From positions 29,414 through 93,413 of the forward strand of contig JAJYEE010000005.1 in the NCBI GenBank assembly GCA_021790335.1: a stretch of 64,000 bases of DNA, given 5' to 3'. The translations under genes were made by a program, and so were the position numbers. A model generated the notes under the pieces. That model did no database searches and was not told where the DNA came from. It was given only the letters and a program-made list of their open reading frames with translations. Positions 11,160 through 20,740 of the stretch are shown piece after piece. Position 1 is the first letter of the stretch; each line of letters begins with the position of its first letter. This DNA comes from Pseudomonadota bacterium. Lineage in GTDB: Bacteria; Pseudomonadota; Gammaproteobacteria; Acidiferrobacterales; UBA6901.

Positions 11160-11498
11160 ATGCCGGATCCCCTGATATTCAATGCCAATGAAGACGATTT
11201 TTCGCAGTCGGTTCTCGAAGCCTCCCACGTCCAGCCTGTGATCGTCGATTTCTGGGCTGACTGGTGCGCCCCGTGCCGGGTGCTGACTCCGGTCCTGGAG
11301 AAGGTGACCCGTGCCTATGCGGGTGCGCTGTGCCTTGCCAAGGTGGAGGTGGACGATAACATGCGCCTTGCCGGCCGCTTCGGACTGAAAGGATTTCCCA
11401 CTGTCATTCTGTTCGACCGCGGTGTGGAACGCGGACGCTTCAGCGGCGCCAGGCCGGAGACCTATGTACGCAGCTTTATCGACGACCATCTCGCCTGA
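11160..11498 (+). CDS. thioredoxin
   Basis: VDFWADWCAPCR, GFPTVILF. Confidence 0.93.
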   Translation: MPDPLIFNANEDDFSQSVLEASHVQPVIVDFWADWCAPCRVLTPVLEKVTRAYAGALCLAKVEVDDNMRLAGRFGLKGFPTVILFDRGVERGRFSGARPETYVRSFIDDHLA

Positions 11499-11533
11499 TC
11501 CGGGAGCGGTCGCGGTGCACCGGGGTCAGGAAC

Positions 11534-11944
11534 ATGCAGCCGAAGAATGAACGTAGTGACCGGGCGTTATCCATGGGGCCGGAAAAGGGCGGTGAGGCCG
11601 GATGCGCCTGTGCGCCGGCGGCAGCGGATCTGTCCGGGTTGACGGTTGCGGAGATCAGCCCGCAGCGGCCGGTCGCCGATCTGCAGGTCGCCATGGCGCT
11701 GGCTGAGCATGAGGCGAGTGCGCGGCTTGGTGACCATATGCTGTTGTCATGGTACGACCGCGACCGGGACTTCGAGTCGCCGCAGCACTCGAGCGAATGT
11801 CACCAGGCGAGCGCCGTTCCTGGCTACGTGGACTATGGCGTCAATCACGGCGCAACGCTGAAAGTTGACGTGGAGGGAGGACGCTTCGTGTTTTTTTATC
11901 TTCCCCTGCAATTCCCGGACGGGGAAAGTGCCCCGCGGGCCTAG
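11534..11944 (+). CDS. AF1514/DUF5619-like protein
   Basis: MLLSWYDR...SP...EC...PGYVDYGVNHGATLKVDV...FVFFY pattern; true start may be 11573. Confidence 0.65.
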   Translation: MQPKNERSDRALSMGPEKGGEAGCACAPAAADLSGLTVAEISPQRPVADLQVAMALAEHEASARLGDHMLLSWYDRDRDFESPQHSSECHQASAVPGYVDYGVNHGATLKVDVEGGRFVFFYLPLQFPDGESAPRA

Positions 11945-12118
11945 ATCTTTTCCGGCGAGAGAAAACCTGTCTGCAGGTACGGCCCTTGATCGCGCGCTGT
12001 AGCCGGGGTTCTGCCGCGATATCCGCAAGCAGGAAGTGCCGATGGCGGCTTTTCCGGAAGCAGACCGGCCGGTCAGGCGGTCACGCGTGACGCATCGCCG
12101 GGGGAAGCAGGCAGGGCG

Positions 12119-13141
12119 CTAGTTCTGCGCGCTCGCCAGCCTCTCATTGAGATAATCCGGGATCCGCCGGTCGGTACTGAGAATCCAGTGACGGATTCGT
12201 CGCGCATCCGCGAACCTCGCGTCCCACCCCCAGCCATCCATGAGCACGATGATTACCGGCCTGTGCGCTATCGCGGTTTCCATCGCGAGGCATTGGCCGG
12301 CATTGGAGGTGTAGCCGGTCTTGCTCAAGCTGATGTTCCAGGTCCTGTTTCTGACCAGAAGGTCGGTGTTGAGGAATCTTATTACGTGACCGGTACGCCG
12401 GTCGGCGACACTGAACATCCCGGTAGTCGTGAATTTATGCAGCAGCGGATATTTGTCCGCCGCCATGATGAGCTTGCCGAGGTCGGCGGCGGTGGACACA
12501 TCGCCGTTATACAGGCCGGTGCTGTCGACGTAACGGGTATTGGTCATTCCGAGCGCCCGTGCCTTGGCATTCATGGCCTGCACAAATGCGGCCTTGCCTC
12601 CCGGGTAGGTACGGGCCAGGGCCGCGGCGGCGCGGTTATCGGAAGCCGCAAGTGCAACATGAAGCATGTCGTAGCGCGTCAGCACCGTTCCGAACGGAAG
12701 GCGCGAACTCGAGCCCCGGAAGGTGTCGCGATCAGCCTGGGTGATCGTGATGAGCCGGTCCATCGGCAGGTGTGCATCAAGAACCACCACGGCGGTCATC
12801 AGCTTGGTGAGGGACGCAATAGGGCGCTGCGTGTCGCTATCCTTGGAATACAGCACGGTGCCATCTCTTTCGTCCATGACCAGGGCGGAGCCGGACCGCA
12901 GATAAAGCCCATATGGATTCGCATACCGCAGGAACTCTTCGGCCCGATTGAGCAACCTCGGGGGAGACTGGGTGGCAACGGCCGTCACCGCCCGCGCAGT
13001 CGGCGGTGCTGCCGCGATCACCGCCGCGGGTCTGGTGAAGTCGGTCCGGTGCTCATCGGCCCAAATCTTCGGCAAGAGTATCGCCGCAAAGATTATGCTA
13101 GCCGTCGTTGCCAAGGCGATGGTCTGCTTGTGCGGCTTCAT
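12119..13141 (-). CDS. pbpG: D-alanyl-D-alanine endopeptidase (PBP7-like, peptidase S11)
   Basis: Signal-like N-terminus; LRSGSALV, SLTK (SxxK), SDN, SKTG; RFADARRIRHW. Confidence 0.85.
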   Translation of the reverse strand: MKPHKQTIALATTASIIFAAILLPKIWADEHRTDFTRPAAVIAAAPPTARAVTAVATQSPPRLLNRAEEFLRYANPYGLYLRSGSALVMDERDGTVLYSKDSDTQRPIASLTKLMTAVVVLDAHLPMDRLITITQADRDTFRGSSSRLPFGTVLTRYDMLHVALAASDNRAAAALARTYPGGKAAFVQAMNAKARALGMTNTRYVDSTGLYNGDVSTAADLGKLIMAADKYPLLHKFTTTGMFSVADRRTGHVIRFLNTDLLVRNRTWNISLSKTGYTSNAGQCLAMETAIAHRPVIIVLMDGWGWDARFADARRIRHWILSTDRRIPDYLNERLASAQN

Positions 13142-13383
13142 GTCCGGTCGGTTCGCTCTTTAAAAGTCTTATCAGGATTACCGAAATCGCGCATGTTCGG
13201 CCCGTGGCACATAAACCACTCTTGCGGGCCAAGCCCCCATATCCTTAAATAATATAGCAGTTTGCCATCGGAAGGAATAATAGTTTTCGACGAGCGGCGC
13301 CGGTGTGGCGCGCGAAAGTCGTTATGTCGACGAGGCCTCTCCAGTGCCGGTTTCCGGCTGCGCAAAAGACGCCGGGGTCGGGT

Positions 13384-13413
13384 TTGATGGAATCAGCATG
13401 TTGCGTGTACACT
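13384..13413 (+). promoter_or_regulatory. putative sigma70 promoter of nrtR-nadA-ald
   Basis: TTGATG-N18-TACACT immediately upstream of the operator palindrome. Confidence 0.35.
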
Positions 13414-13418
13414 GCCTG

Positions 13419-13437
13419 CAGTGTCTCTTGGACACCG
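13419..13437. promoter_or_regulatory. putative NrtR operator
   Basis: Perfect GTGTC-TCTTG-GACAC palindrome (13421-13435) 14 nt before the nrtR ATG; fits the NrtR GT-N7-AC core. Confidence 0.7.
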
Positions 13438-13449
13438 AGTACCCGTGCA

Positions 13450-14115
13450 ATGGGTTCAGAATCCGCCAATTGCCCCCTGGTCAGCGTGGTCGTCGCGATC
13501 TTCGCGGTGCATGAACGCGCCCTCAGACTGCTTCTAGTCCGGCGAATGCGCGAGCAGCATCACCAGCGCTGGGTTCTTCCGGGCGGCCGGGTCCGTCTGG
13601 ATGAGAATCTGGAGGATTGCGCGCGCCGTGAACTCGCAGAGCAGGCCGGGATTTGCGGCGTCTATCTTGAGCAGCTGTACACCTTCGGGCGAGTATCCGC
13701 AGATCCACGCGGCAGAGTCGTAAATATTGCGTACTATGCAGCGATGCCGCCAGACAGAGTGGTGCTGCGGCAATCTGCGGGCGCCGGAGAAGCTGAATGG
13801 TTCGGATTCGATGCGTTGCCGATCCTTGAATTCGATCATCAGGAGATTGTGACGGCAGCCCGACGGAGGCTTGCGGCAAAGCTGGACTACTCGACTGTGG
13901 CTTTTCAATTGGTGCCGGAGATGTTTACTCTGGGCGAACTGCAAGAGGTCTACGAGATCATACAGGGCGCCGATCTGGACAAGCGCAATTTTCGCAGGCG
14001 GGTGCTGGCACTGGGTGCCATCGAGGAGACCTGCGAAAAGCGGAATGATGGCCGCAGCCGTCCGGCACGGCTGTATCGCGCCAGGCAGCTGGGGTCGGTG
14101 GCAATCGTCCGCTAG
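13450..14115 (+). CDS. nrtR: NrtR, Nudix-related transcriptional regulator
   Basis: WVLPGG...E..EDCARREL Nudix box, YLEQLYTFG...DPRGR, FDH, C-terminal wHTH FTLGELQ..YE...DKRNFRR...RPARLY; upstream of nadA. Confidence 0.9.
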   Translation: MGSESANCPLVSVVVAIFAVHERALRLLLVRRMREQHHQRWVLPGGRVRLDENLEDCARRELAEQAGICGVYLEQLYTFGRVSADPRGRVVNIAYYAAMPPDRVVLRQSAGAGEAEWFGFDALPILEFDHQEIVTAARRRLAAKLDYSTVAFQLVPEMFTLGELQEVYEIIQGADLDKRNFRRRVLALGAIEETCEKRNDGRSRPARLYRARQLGSVAIVR

Positions 14116-14288
14116 GCGGTACCGGAAGCAATCGGCAGCCACGTTGCCATCGGTGTCGGACGCCGCCAGCTGCGCCGACCGGCCGGAATCGGTCGAATTT
14201 TCGAGGCAGCGGCGCCTCGCATCGAGACTTTCAGAGCGTGCCCGTGCGATCACACTGCTCGGATCCACGAAGCCGCTGGAGGTGATAC

Positions 14289-15374
14289 ATGAATAGTCCT
14301 GTGACCCTACCTGCCATCCCGGTCGTTAAGGCACCCGCTACCGCGGAGGTACTGGCGCGCGCTATCCCGATGACCGCAGGCGAGCGACAGGAGATCATCG
14401 ACCGGATCAAGCGCCTGCTCAGAGAGCAGGATGCGGTGCTGGTGGCCCATTACTACGTGCACGAAGACCTGCAGATCATCGCCGAAGAAACCGGCGGTGT
14501 TGTTTCGGATTCTCTCGACATGGCGCGTTTCGGCCATGAACATCCGGCAACGACGCTGATCGTGGCCGGCGTGCGATTCATGGGCGAGACGGCCAAGATA
14601 CTCAATCCGGAGAAGCGGGTTCTGATGGCGGCACTGGAGGCGGAGTGCTCGCTTGATCTCGAGTGTCCGGCGGATCGGTTCGTTCCGTTCTGCGATGCCC
14701 ATCCAGACTGCACGGTAGTCGTGTACTCGAATACCAGCGCCGAGGTCAAGGCGCGTGCTGATTGGGTTGTAACCTCTGGCATTGCCGTGCAGCTGGCCAG
14801 GCACCTGAAGGAGCAAGGCGAACGCATACTGTGGGCGCCGGATCGCCATCTCGGATCCTATATAGAGCGCGTTACCGGAGCCGACATGGTGCTGTGGCCG
14901 GGGGCCTGTGTGGTGCATGAGGCATTCAAGGCCCAGGCCCTGGCGGCACTGAAGGAAATGCATCCGGAGGCGGCCGTGCTTGCCCACCCGGAATCTCCCG
15001 CCGCCATCCTGGAACTTGCGGACGTGGTTGGTTCAACCACGCAGCTCATCAATGCCGCACGCCAGTTGCCAAATCTCTCCATGATCGTCGCAACCGATAA
15101 TGGAATCTTCCATAAGATGAAGCAAGCCGCGCCAGGTAAGCTGCTGATCGAAGCGCCCACTGCCGGTGCCGGCGCGACCTGCCGCAGCTGTGCCCACTGC
15201 CCGTGGATGGCAATGAATGATCTGCGCGGCCTGGTGCGCGTGCTGGAGCGGGGAGAGAACGAAGTCCGACTCGACGAGGAGATACGGGTCAAGGCGCTGC
15301 GCGCCACCTCGCGCATGCTCGAATTTTCGCGGTCGATCAGACCATCGGTAGGCACGAAATCCTCGACTGCCTAG
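14289..15374 (+). CDS. nadA: quinolinate synthase A
   Basis: [44 protein letters not shown]. Confidence 0.96.
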   Translation: MNSPVTLPAIPVVKAPATAEVLARAIPMTAGERQEIIDRIKRLLREQDAVLVAHYYVHEDLQIIAEETGGVVSDSLDMARFGHEHPATTLIVAGVRFMGETAKILNPEKRVLMAALEAECSLDLECPADRFVPFCDAHPDCTVVVYSNTSAEVKARADWVVTSGIAVQLARHLKEQGERILWAPDRHLGSYIERVTGADMVLWPGACVVHEAFKAQALAALKEMHPEAAVLAHPESPAAILELADVVGSTTQLINAARQLPNLSMIVATDNGIFHKMKQAAPGKLLIEAPTAGAGATCRSCAHCPWMAMNDLRGLVRVLERGENEVRLDEEIRVKALRATSRMLEFSRSIRPSVGTKSSTA

Positions 15375-15409
15375 CGTCCGGTCACGAGTCCGTTGCGGGA
15401 GCGTCTGTC

Positions 15410-16507
15410 ATGAAAGTCGGTGTGGTCAGGGAAATAAAGGATCAGGAAAATCGCGTTGCCCTGACCCCGGCCGGCGTGCGCGCAATGATCTCCGCGGGAC
15501 ACCACGTCTGCGTGCAGCTTCTGGCCGGGGCCGGCTCCGGATTTGGCGACAGGGAGTATCGCGAGTCAGGAGCGGAGCTGGTGTCTGCCGAAGAAGCATG
15601 GAATTGCGACCTGGTTCTGAAGGTCAAGGAACCGCTGGAGTCCGAATACCGCTGCCTGCGGGGGCAGATCGTGTTCACCTATCTGCATCTCGCCGGCGCT
15701 CCCAGGCTCCTGACGGAAAGTCTGCTTGCCAGCAAAACCACTGCTGTCGCCTACGAAACGGTCGAGAACGAGGCCGGACGGCTGCCGTTGCTGGCTCCAA
15801 TGAGCGCCGTTGCCGGGGCCATGTCGATTACGGTCGGAAATCACTATTTGTCACGACCGAACGGCGGCAAGGGAGTACTGCTGGGCAACCTGCTCGGCCG
15901 CAGCCACGGCAAGGTGGTCATCATCGGCGACGGAGTAGTGGGGCAGCATGCGGCACGGGCGGCAGCCGGCATCGGCTCGGAGGTGGTGGTTTTCGGGCTG
16001 GACCCGAGGAAAGCGGCGTCTGTGCTGCCTGCCGTTTCCGGGCAAATCCGCTTCCTGTCCTCGGACGAACAGCGCATCACGCAGAATCTCAGGGATGTCG
16101 ATCTGCTGGTCGGAGCCGTCCTTGCTCACGGTGCCCGCGCGCCGCATGTGGTCAGCGAGGCCATGGTGCAGCACATGGAGCCGGGTTCGGTGATCGTCGA
16201 CGTCAGCATTGACCAGGGAGGATGCATCGAGACCTCACGGCCGACCTCCCATTCGGATCCGGTTTTCCTGCATCACGGAGTGATCCACTATGCGGTAACG
16301 AACATGCCCGGCGCCTATCCCCGCAGTTCGACGATGGCACTTACCGACGCGACGCTGCCGTACGCCCTGCGCCTTGCGCAAGGAGGTGTGGATGCGCTGC
16401 GCGCAGATCCTTACTTCGCCAAGGGGCTGAACACCTTCGACGGGCATGTCCGTTGCAAGCCGGTCGCCGAAGCGCTTTCGCTTCTGGATAATTTCAGGCC
16501 CTTTTGA
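15410..16507 (+). CDS. ald: alanine dehydrogenase
   Basis: EIKDQENRVALTP, KVKEP, FTYLHLA, PLLAPMS, DVSIDQGGCIET, NMPGAYPRSST. Confidence 0.92.
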   Translation: MKVGVVREIKDQENRVALTPAGVRAMISAGHHVCVQLLAGAGSGFGDREYRESGAELVSAEEAWNCDLVLKVKEPLESEYRCLRGQIVFTYLHLAGAPRLLTESLLASKTTAVAYETVENEAGRLPLLAPMSAVAGAMSITVGNHYLSRPNGGKGVLLGNLLGRSHGKVVIIGDGVVGQHAARAAAGIGSEVVVFGLDPRKAASVLPAVSGQIRFLSSDEQRITQNLRDVDLLVGAVLAHGARAPHVVSEAMVQHMEPGSVIVDVSIDQGGCIETSRPTSHSDPVFLHHGVIHYAVTNMPGAYPRSSTMALTDATLPYALRLAQGGVDALRADPYFAKGLNTFDGHVRCKPVAEALSLLDNFRPF

Positions 16508-16613
16508 CCAGATATCCATGGATGCTCGATGGTCTGCGCGTGATGCTCGTCCGCGCCGTGCGGCAGCTTCCGTGTGACACGGCGCTTTGGTGGGACTCCG
16601 GGCATGCCCGGAG

Positions 16614-17528
16614 TCATCGGGACGGGAACCCGGAAATGGCCACCTTGCGCAGTATGTTCATGGGCCCGACGCGCCGGACCGTTGCAAGCTCGTGCTCATT
16701 GCGCAGGAAAAATGATCCGGCGAAACCGAGAGCATTTACCGAAATGGTGGTGAAGCGCTCGCGCGATCGCGGCACCATCAGCATCCAGTTCCTGCTGACA
16801 AGGAGGTTGTAAGGAGCCGGCCGTGTCCCTCCCTCGGTGCGCGCGGCTGCGATGCCGAGTCGATCGAGCATGGACAGGTAATGTTCATGGCTTGCAGCCG
16901 CAGCGTCCGCAGGGCGCAGAAGGAGCGGATCCAGCCTCGTCATGGCGTGCGCGAATGGCAGCGAGACAAGCCGCCCGTCCTGCATGTGCCCGCCCAGCAA
17001 CGGTGCGATCGGAATGGCATCGCCCTGCCGGGAAAGCGGCAACGGCACAAGCTGCAGATGCCTGTGCGTTTCGCTTGCGCCGGCAATGGCGCCGCTGTTG
17101 TAAAAGCCGAGCGTGTCGAATTCTGCCATGCATGTCCATAGGGCTTCGAAGTCACTTCGGTTGAGGACAACCTCCTGCGGCTCGAAGCGGCGGGTGACGA
17201 TGAGCACGTGATGATCGATCACGCTGAATTTGTTGAGAAGGCAGAAATGCGTCGCCGAAACATCGGCAACGAACAGATCCGGGTCGGGCGGAAGAAAGGG
17301 ATCCGTCTGGCCTCGTGCGGCGCCCGCGGAGTCGCGCTGTCTCCGGCTCGAGTCCTTGAGCGCGAGGTTCATGACGACGCGTGCCATGTAGCGCACGTTT
17401 TCCTGTTCGATGATCTCCTCGCGCGTTCCAATGGGTTGCAGTGCCCCGGATTCCAGCGCCTCTTGCGAGCGCCGCAGGATCGCGGGCCACAGGCGATTTG
17501 GTGCCGGCTGGTTTGTGTCGCGGTTCAT
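16614..17528 (-). CDS. ATP adenylyltransferase / Ap4A phosphorylase (Apa1/2-like HIT)
   Basis: DPFLP, LLNKF, FYNSG..AGAS..HRHLQ (HxHxQ), YNLL, VPRS, VNALGFAG. Confidence 0.88.
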   Translation of the reverse strand: MNRDTNQPAPNRLWPAILRRSQEALESGALQPIGTREEIIEQENVRYMARVVMNLALKDSSRRQRDSAGAARGQTDPFLPPDPDLFVADVSATHFCLLNKFSVIDHHVLIVTRRFEPQEVVLNRSDFEALWTCMAEFDTLGFYNSGAIAGASETHRHLQLVPLPLSRQGDAIPIAPLLGGHMQDGRLVSLPFAHAMTRLDPLLLRPADAAAASHEHYLSMLDRLGIAAARTEGGTRPAPYNLLVSRNWMLMVPRSRERFTTISVNALGFAGSFFLRNEHELATVRRVGPMNILRKVAISGFPSR

Positions 17529-17648
17529 CGGAATGGGGCGCGGTCGATGTCCCTGTGTTGCGGTGGTGCCGCCTCGATGCGATTTGTGTCGCGGCCGGTT
17601 CTTTGTATCGCTTGTTCTGCCGGCAGGCAAGGGTGATAATTGCCTGCC

Positions 17649-17891
17649 ATGCGCGGCATATCGCTGGATCCGGATACGGACATTGTCGAAGAGCGCTACG
17701 CAGTGGTTTATGCGCCGCGACGGAAACGTGGACGTTTTGCCGAGGATTGCGTACAGGTCGTCGAATCGGAAGCGGCGGCGCTCGCCGCTGCCAACACCTC
17801 CGAGGACCGCTATCCGGCCAGGGTTGTCGGTCCGGCACGCTCCTCCGAGGGGTTCCGCCTGTATTATCTGGTTTGCTGGCTGCAGGACTAG
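17649..17891 (+). CDS. small hypothetical protein
   Basis: 80 aa, globular-looking (YAVVYAPRRKRGRF...GPARSSEGFRLYYLV). Confidence 0.6.
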   Translation: MRGISLDPDTDIVEERYAVVYAPRRKRGRFAEDCVQVVESEAAALAAANTSEDRYPARVVGPARSSEGFRLYYLVCWLQD

Positions 17892-18035
17892 TCCGGCCGG
17901 CTGGGGTGGACTGGCGTCACCGCCCTGCCTGAGCGCATGCCTGAGGTGCGGTTCCCGCGTGCGGAAGGACGACGAAAGACAGGCCTCTTTCGCCGTGCGG
18001 CCGGAGGATCGCGCAGTCCCGCGGGAGCATAGCTA

Positions 18036-18851
18036 ATGACAGAAAGACGGCATTACTCGGTCAAGGCCTACCGCAACGAATCATTCCTCGACAGCCGCGA
18101 TGCCCGCGCGCTGCGTATCCTCGCTGAGTATCTGGAGCCGGAGAGCCGCTTCTCGCACTACCGGGTTCATGACACCATTGTTTTCATGGGGTCGGCACGC
18201 GTGGTCCCGCGCGATCAGGCCGAGGAGGAGGTGCGGGCCGCCGAACAGGGAAGCGGCGATTTGGTCCAGGCGAAATTGCGGCTCGACATGTCGCACTATT
18301 ACGAGGCTGCACGCGAGCTAGCGCGGCGTCTCACGGAGTGGTCCAAGAAGCTGAGCGACGAGGAGCGACGTTTTGTCGTCTGCACCGGGGGCGGCCCAGG
18401 CATCATGGAAGCGGCGAACCGCGGAGCATCCGAGGCCAAAGGCATGAACGTAGGCCTGACGATTTCGATACCCGTGGAGGAGTTTGATAACCGGTACGTG
18501 ACGCGCGAGCTTTCATTTCATTTCCACTACTTTTTCATGCGCAAGTTCTGGTTCGCCTATCTTGCCAAGGCGGTCATCGTTTTCCCCGGTGGTTTTGGGA
18601 CACTCGACGAGTTGTTCGAGCTGTTGACGCTGCTGCAGACCCACAAGATCCGCAAGCATCTGCCGATCGTATTGTTCGGCCGCAAATACTGGAGTGAGGT
18701 GGTCAACTTCGATGCCATGGTCCGTAGCGGCACCATCGATGCGCAGGACCTGGCGATCTTTTACAGTACGGACTTGATCGACGAGGCGTACAATTATGTC
18801 GTGGAACAGTTGTCTCAGTATGCGCTCAAAGAACCTGGGGCAATTTTGTGA
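18036..18851 (+). CDS. LOG family nucleotide phosphoribohydrolase (TIGR00730-like)
   Basis: TGGGPGIMEAANRGA, FHYFFMRK, PGGFGTLDE. Confidence 0.92.
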   Translation: MTERRHYSVKAYRNESFLDSRDARALRILAEYLEPESRFSHYRVHDTIVFMGSARVVPRDQAEEEVRAAEQGSGDLVQAKLRLDMSHYYEAARELARRLTEWSKKLSDEERRFVVCTGGGPGIMEAANRGASEAKGMNVGLTISIPVEEFDNRYVTRELSFHFHYFFMRKFWFAYLAKAVIVFPGGFGTLDELFELLTLLQTHKIRKHLPIVLFGRKYWSEVVNFDAMVRSGTIDAQDLAIFYSTDLIDEAYNYVVEQLSQYALKEPGAIL

Positions 18852-18905
18852 CCGGAGACCGCAATGAGCCGGACCGGTGCGACCTGCAGACAACGCGGAG
18901 AACAG

Positions 18906-19490
18906 ATGGGTAAGGGTGGAGCGGGCAGTCTGGCGGAAATCTATGTCAGCACGGACATCGAGGCGGATGGACCCATTCCGGGCCCGCACTCGATGCTGAG
19001 TTTTGCATCCGTCGCCTATGGTGCCGACAAGACGATCGTGAGTACCTATACGGCCAACCTGCAGACTCTGCCCGGGTCCAGCCCACATCCGGTTACCGAG
19101 GAGTGGTGGAAAGGCTTTCCTGAGGCCTGGGCTGCGTGCCGCGAAGACGTGCGTGCACCGGAGCAGGTCATGTCGGAATATGCCGCTTGGCTTGAACGGC
19201 TACCCGGTCGCGCAGTATTCGTCGGATGGCCGGCCAGCTGGGATTTCATGTGGATTTACTGGTATCTGGTGCGATTTACCGGCATGCGGCCGTTCCGCGA
19301 AAACGCCCTGGATATACGTTCCTATGCAATGGGGATGCGTAAGACCGAATTCCGCATGACTTCGCGCACCTATCTTCCCAAGCGCTGGTTCGACGAACTG
19401 CCGCATAGCCATGTGGCGCTGGATGACGCGCTCGAGCAGGGGGCCGTGTTCTGCAACATGCTTGCCGAAAACCGCAGGTCCGGAGCATAG
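18906..19490 (+). CDS. DEDDh 3'-5' exonuclease (Rv2179c/RNase AS-like)
   Basis: [29 protein letters not shown]. Confidence 0.8.
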   Translation: MGKGGAGSLAEIYVSTDIEADGPIPGPHSMLSFASVAYGADKTIVSTYTANLQTLPGSSPHPVTEEWWKGFPEAWAACREDVRAPEQVMSEYAAWLERLPGRAVFVGWPASWDFMWIYWYLVRFTGMRPFRENALDIRSYAMGMRKTEFRMTSRTYLPKRWFDELPHSHVALDDALEQGAVFCNMLAENRRSGA

Positions 19491-19555
19491 ATTCAGGGGC
19501 GGGATCCGGCGGATCCGGCGTGTGCTTCGTTTAACGTGGATTCTGGGCTGTTTCG

Positions 19556-20116
19556 ATGGCACAAGACGAGTTGACCTTGATACTTCAGGCGCTGCACTTT
19601 GCGGCCGACAGGCACCGCGATCAGCGGCGCAAGGATGAGCAGGCATCGCCCTACATCAACCATCCGATAGCCGTGGCGGAAGTGCTGTGTGTCGTAGGAG
19701 GGGTACGTGATGCGGTAGCCATTGTGGCCGGTATTCTGCACGATACGATCGAAGACACTGAGACTACCGCGGCGGATATAAGGGACCGCTTCGGGAAGGA
19801 CATCAGCGAGGTGGTCGAGGAGGTGACGGATGACAAGACCCTGCCTCCGTTGCAGCGCAAGCAGCTGCAGATCGACCATGCGCACCTGAAATCAAAACGC
19901 GCCCGACTGGTCAAACTGGCGGACAAGATCTGCAACGTCCGCGACATCGTCGAACGTCCCCCGGAGGGCTGGCCGGTCGATCGCAAACGCCAGTATATTG
20001 CATGGGCCAGGGCGGTGGTTGACCGCATGCGCGGAAGCAATCGGCCCATGGAGGAATACTTCGATGCCCTATGCGCTCGTGCCGATGCGCATCTCGCTCC
20101 GGACGCATCTGAATAG
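19556..20116 (+). CDS. stand-alone HD domain (p)ppGpp hydrolase (Mesh1/SAH type)
   Basis: HRDQRRK, PYINHP, LHDTIEDT, EVTDDK, KLADKICN; no synthetase domain. Confidence 0.88.
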   Translation: MAQDELTLILQALHFAADRHRDQRRKDEQASPYINHPIAVAEVLCVVGGVRDAVAIVAGILHDTIEDTETTAADIRDRFGKDISEVVEEVTDDKTLPPLQRKQLQIDHAHLKSKRARLVKLADKICNVRDIVERPPEGWPVDRKRQYIAWARAVVDRMRGSNRPMEEYFDALCARADAHLAPDASE

Positions 20117-20220
20117 GCGGCGGTGCACGCAGTGGCCAGCGGCGGAAGGCGGTGTGCCGGCCAGGATTTTTGATGTCGGCGATCGGGGTCGGGTGGCGGG
20201 ACGAACCGGGTTGCGCATCC

Positions 20221-20535
20221 ATGGCCAATAGCGGCGCAGCACCGCATATCGAGATTGAGTACTGTATCCGGTGCGGATTCCTTTTGCGCGCCGCGTGGAT
20301 TGCACAGGAGCTGCTCCGCGCCTTCGAAACGGAGATCGGCGAAGTTGCCCTGAAGCCGGGCAGCGGTGGGGACTTTATTGTTCGTCTCGATGGCGTCGTG
20401 CTTTTTTCGCGCCGCGAACAGGAACGTTTCCCTGAGGCAAAGGAGCTCAAGCTCCTGCTCGGAAACGCCATCGGGTCCGGCCTCAGTTTCGGGCACAACC
20501 GGACTGACGGCGATCCTGACCGGACGGCAGACTGA
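20221..20535 (+). CDS. SelT/SelW/SelH (Rdx) family protein, Cys form
   Basis: IEYCIRCGFLLRAAWIAQELL...LKPGSGGDF...FPEAKELK. Confidence 0.9.
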   Translation: MANSGAAPHIEIEYCIRCGFLLRAAWIAQELLRAFETEIGEVALKPGSGGDFIVRLDGVVLFSRREQERFPEAKELKLLLGNAIGSGLSFGHNRTDGDPDRTAD

Positions 20536-20740
20536 AGGCGCATGCGACTCGATTTTCGGTTGGTATTGCCGCCCCGGGATCCGCATGGCGCTCCGGTGCA
20601 TGTCTGGTTCCAAGAGAGGCGGAATCGGGGTTGTACTTCGCGCCAGCGTGATTATCATCAGCGACGGACGGGGAACTCCAACCGCATTTTCCGCCGTTTC
20701 TGGAGTCCCGAGTGTTGAAATTTTTCACTGGAGCAGATTG

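Noticed and set aside
19502-19519. Tandem GGATCCGGC x2
   Set aside because: Only two short GC-rich copies, consistent with chance or a trivial slippage.
20221-20535. Selenoprotein (UGA-Sec) in the SelW-like gene, or in msrA, thioredoxin or selD, given the SelD present
   Set aside because: All active sites are encoded as Cys (CIRC, GCFWG, WCAPC, CGGC) with no in-frame TGA.
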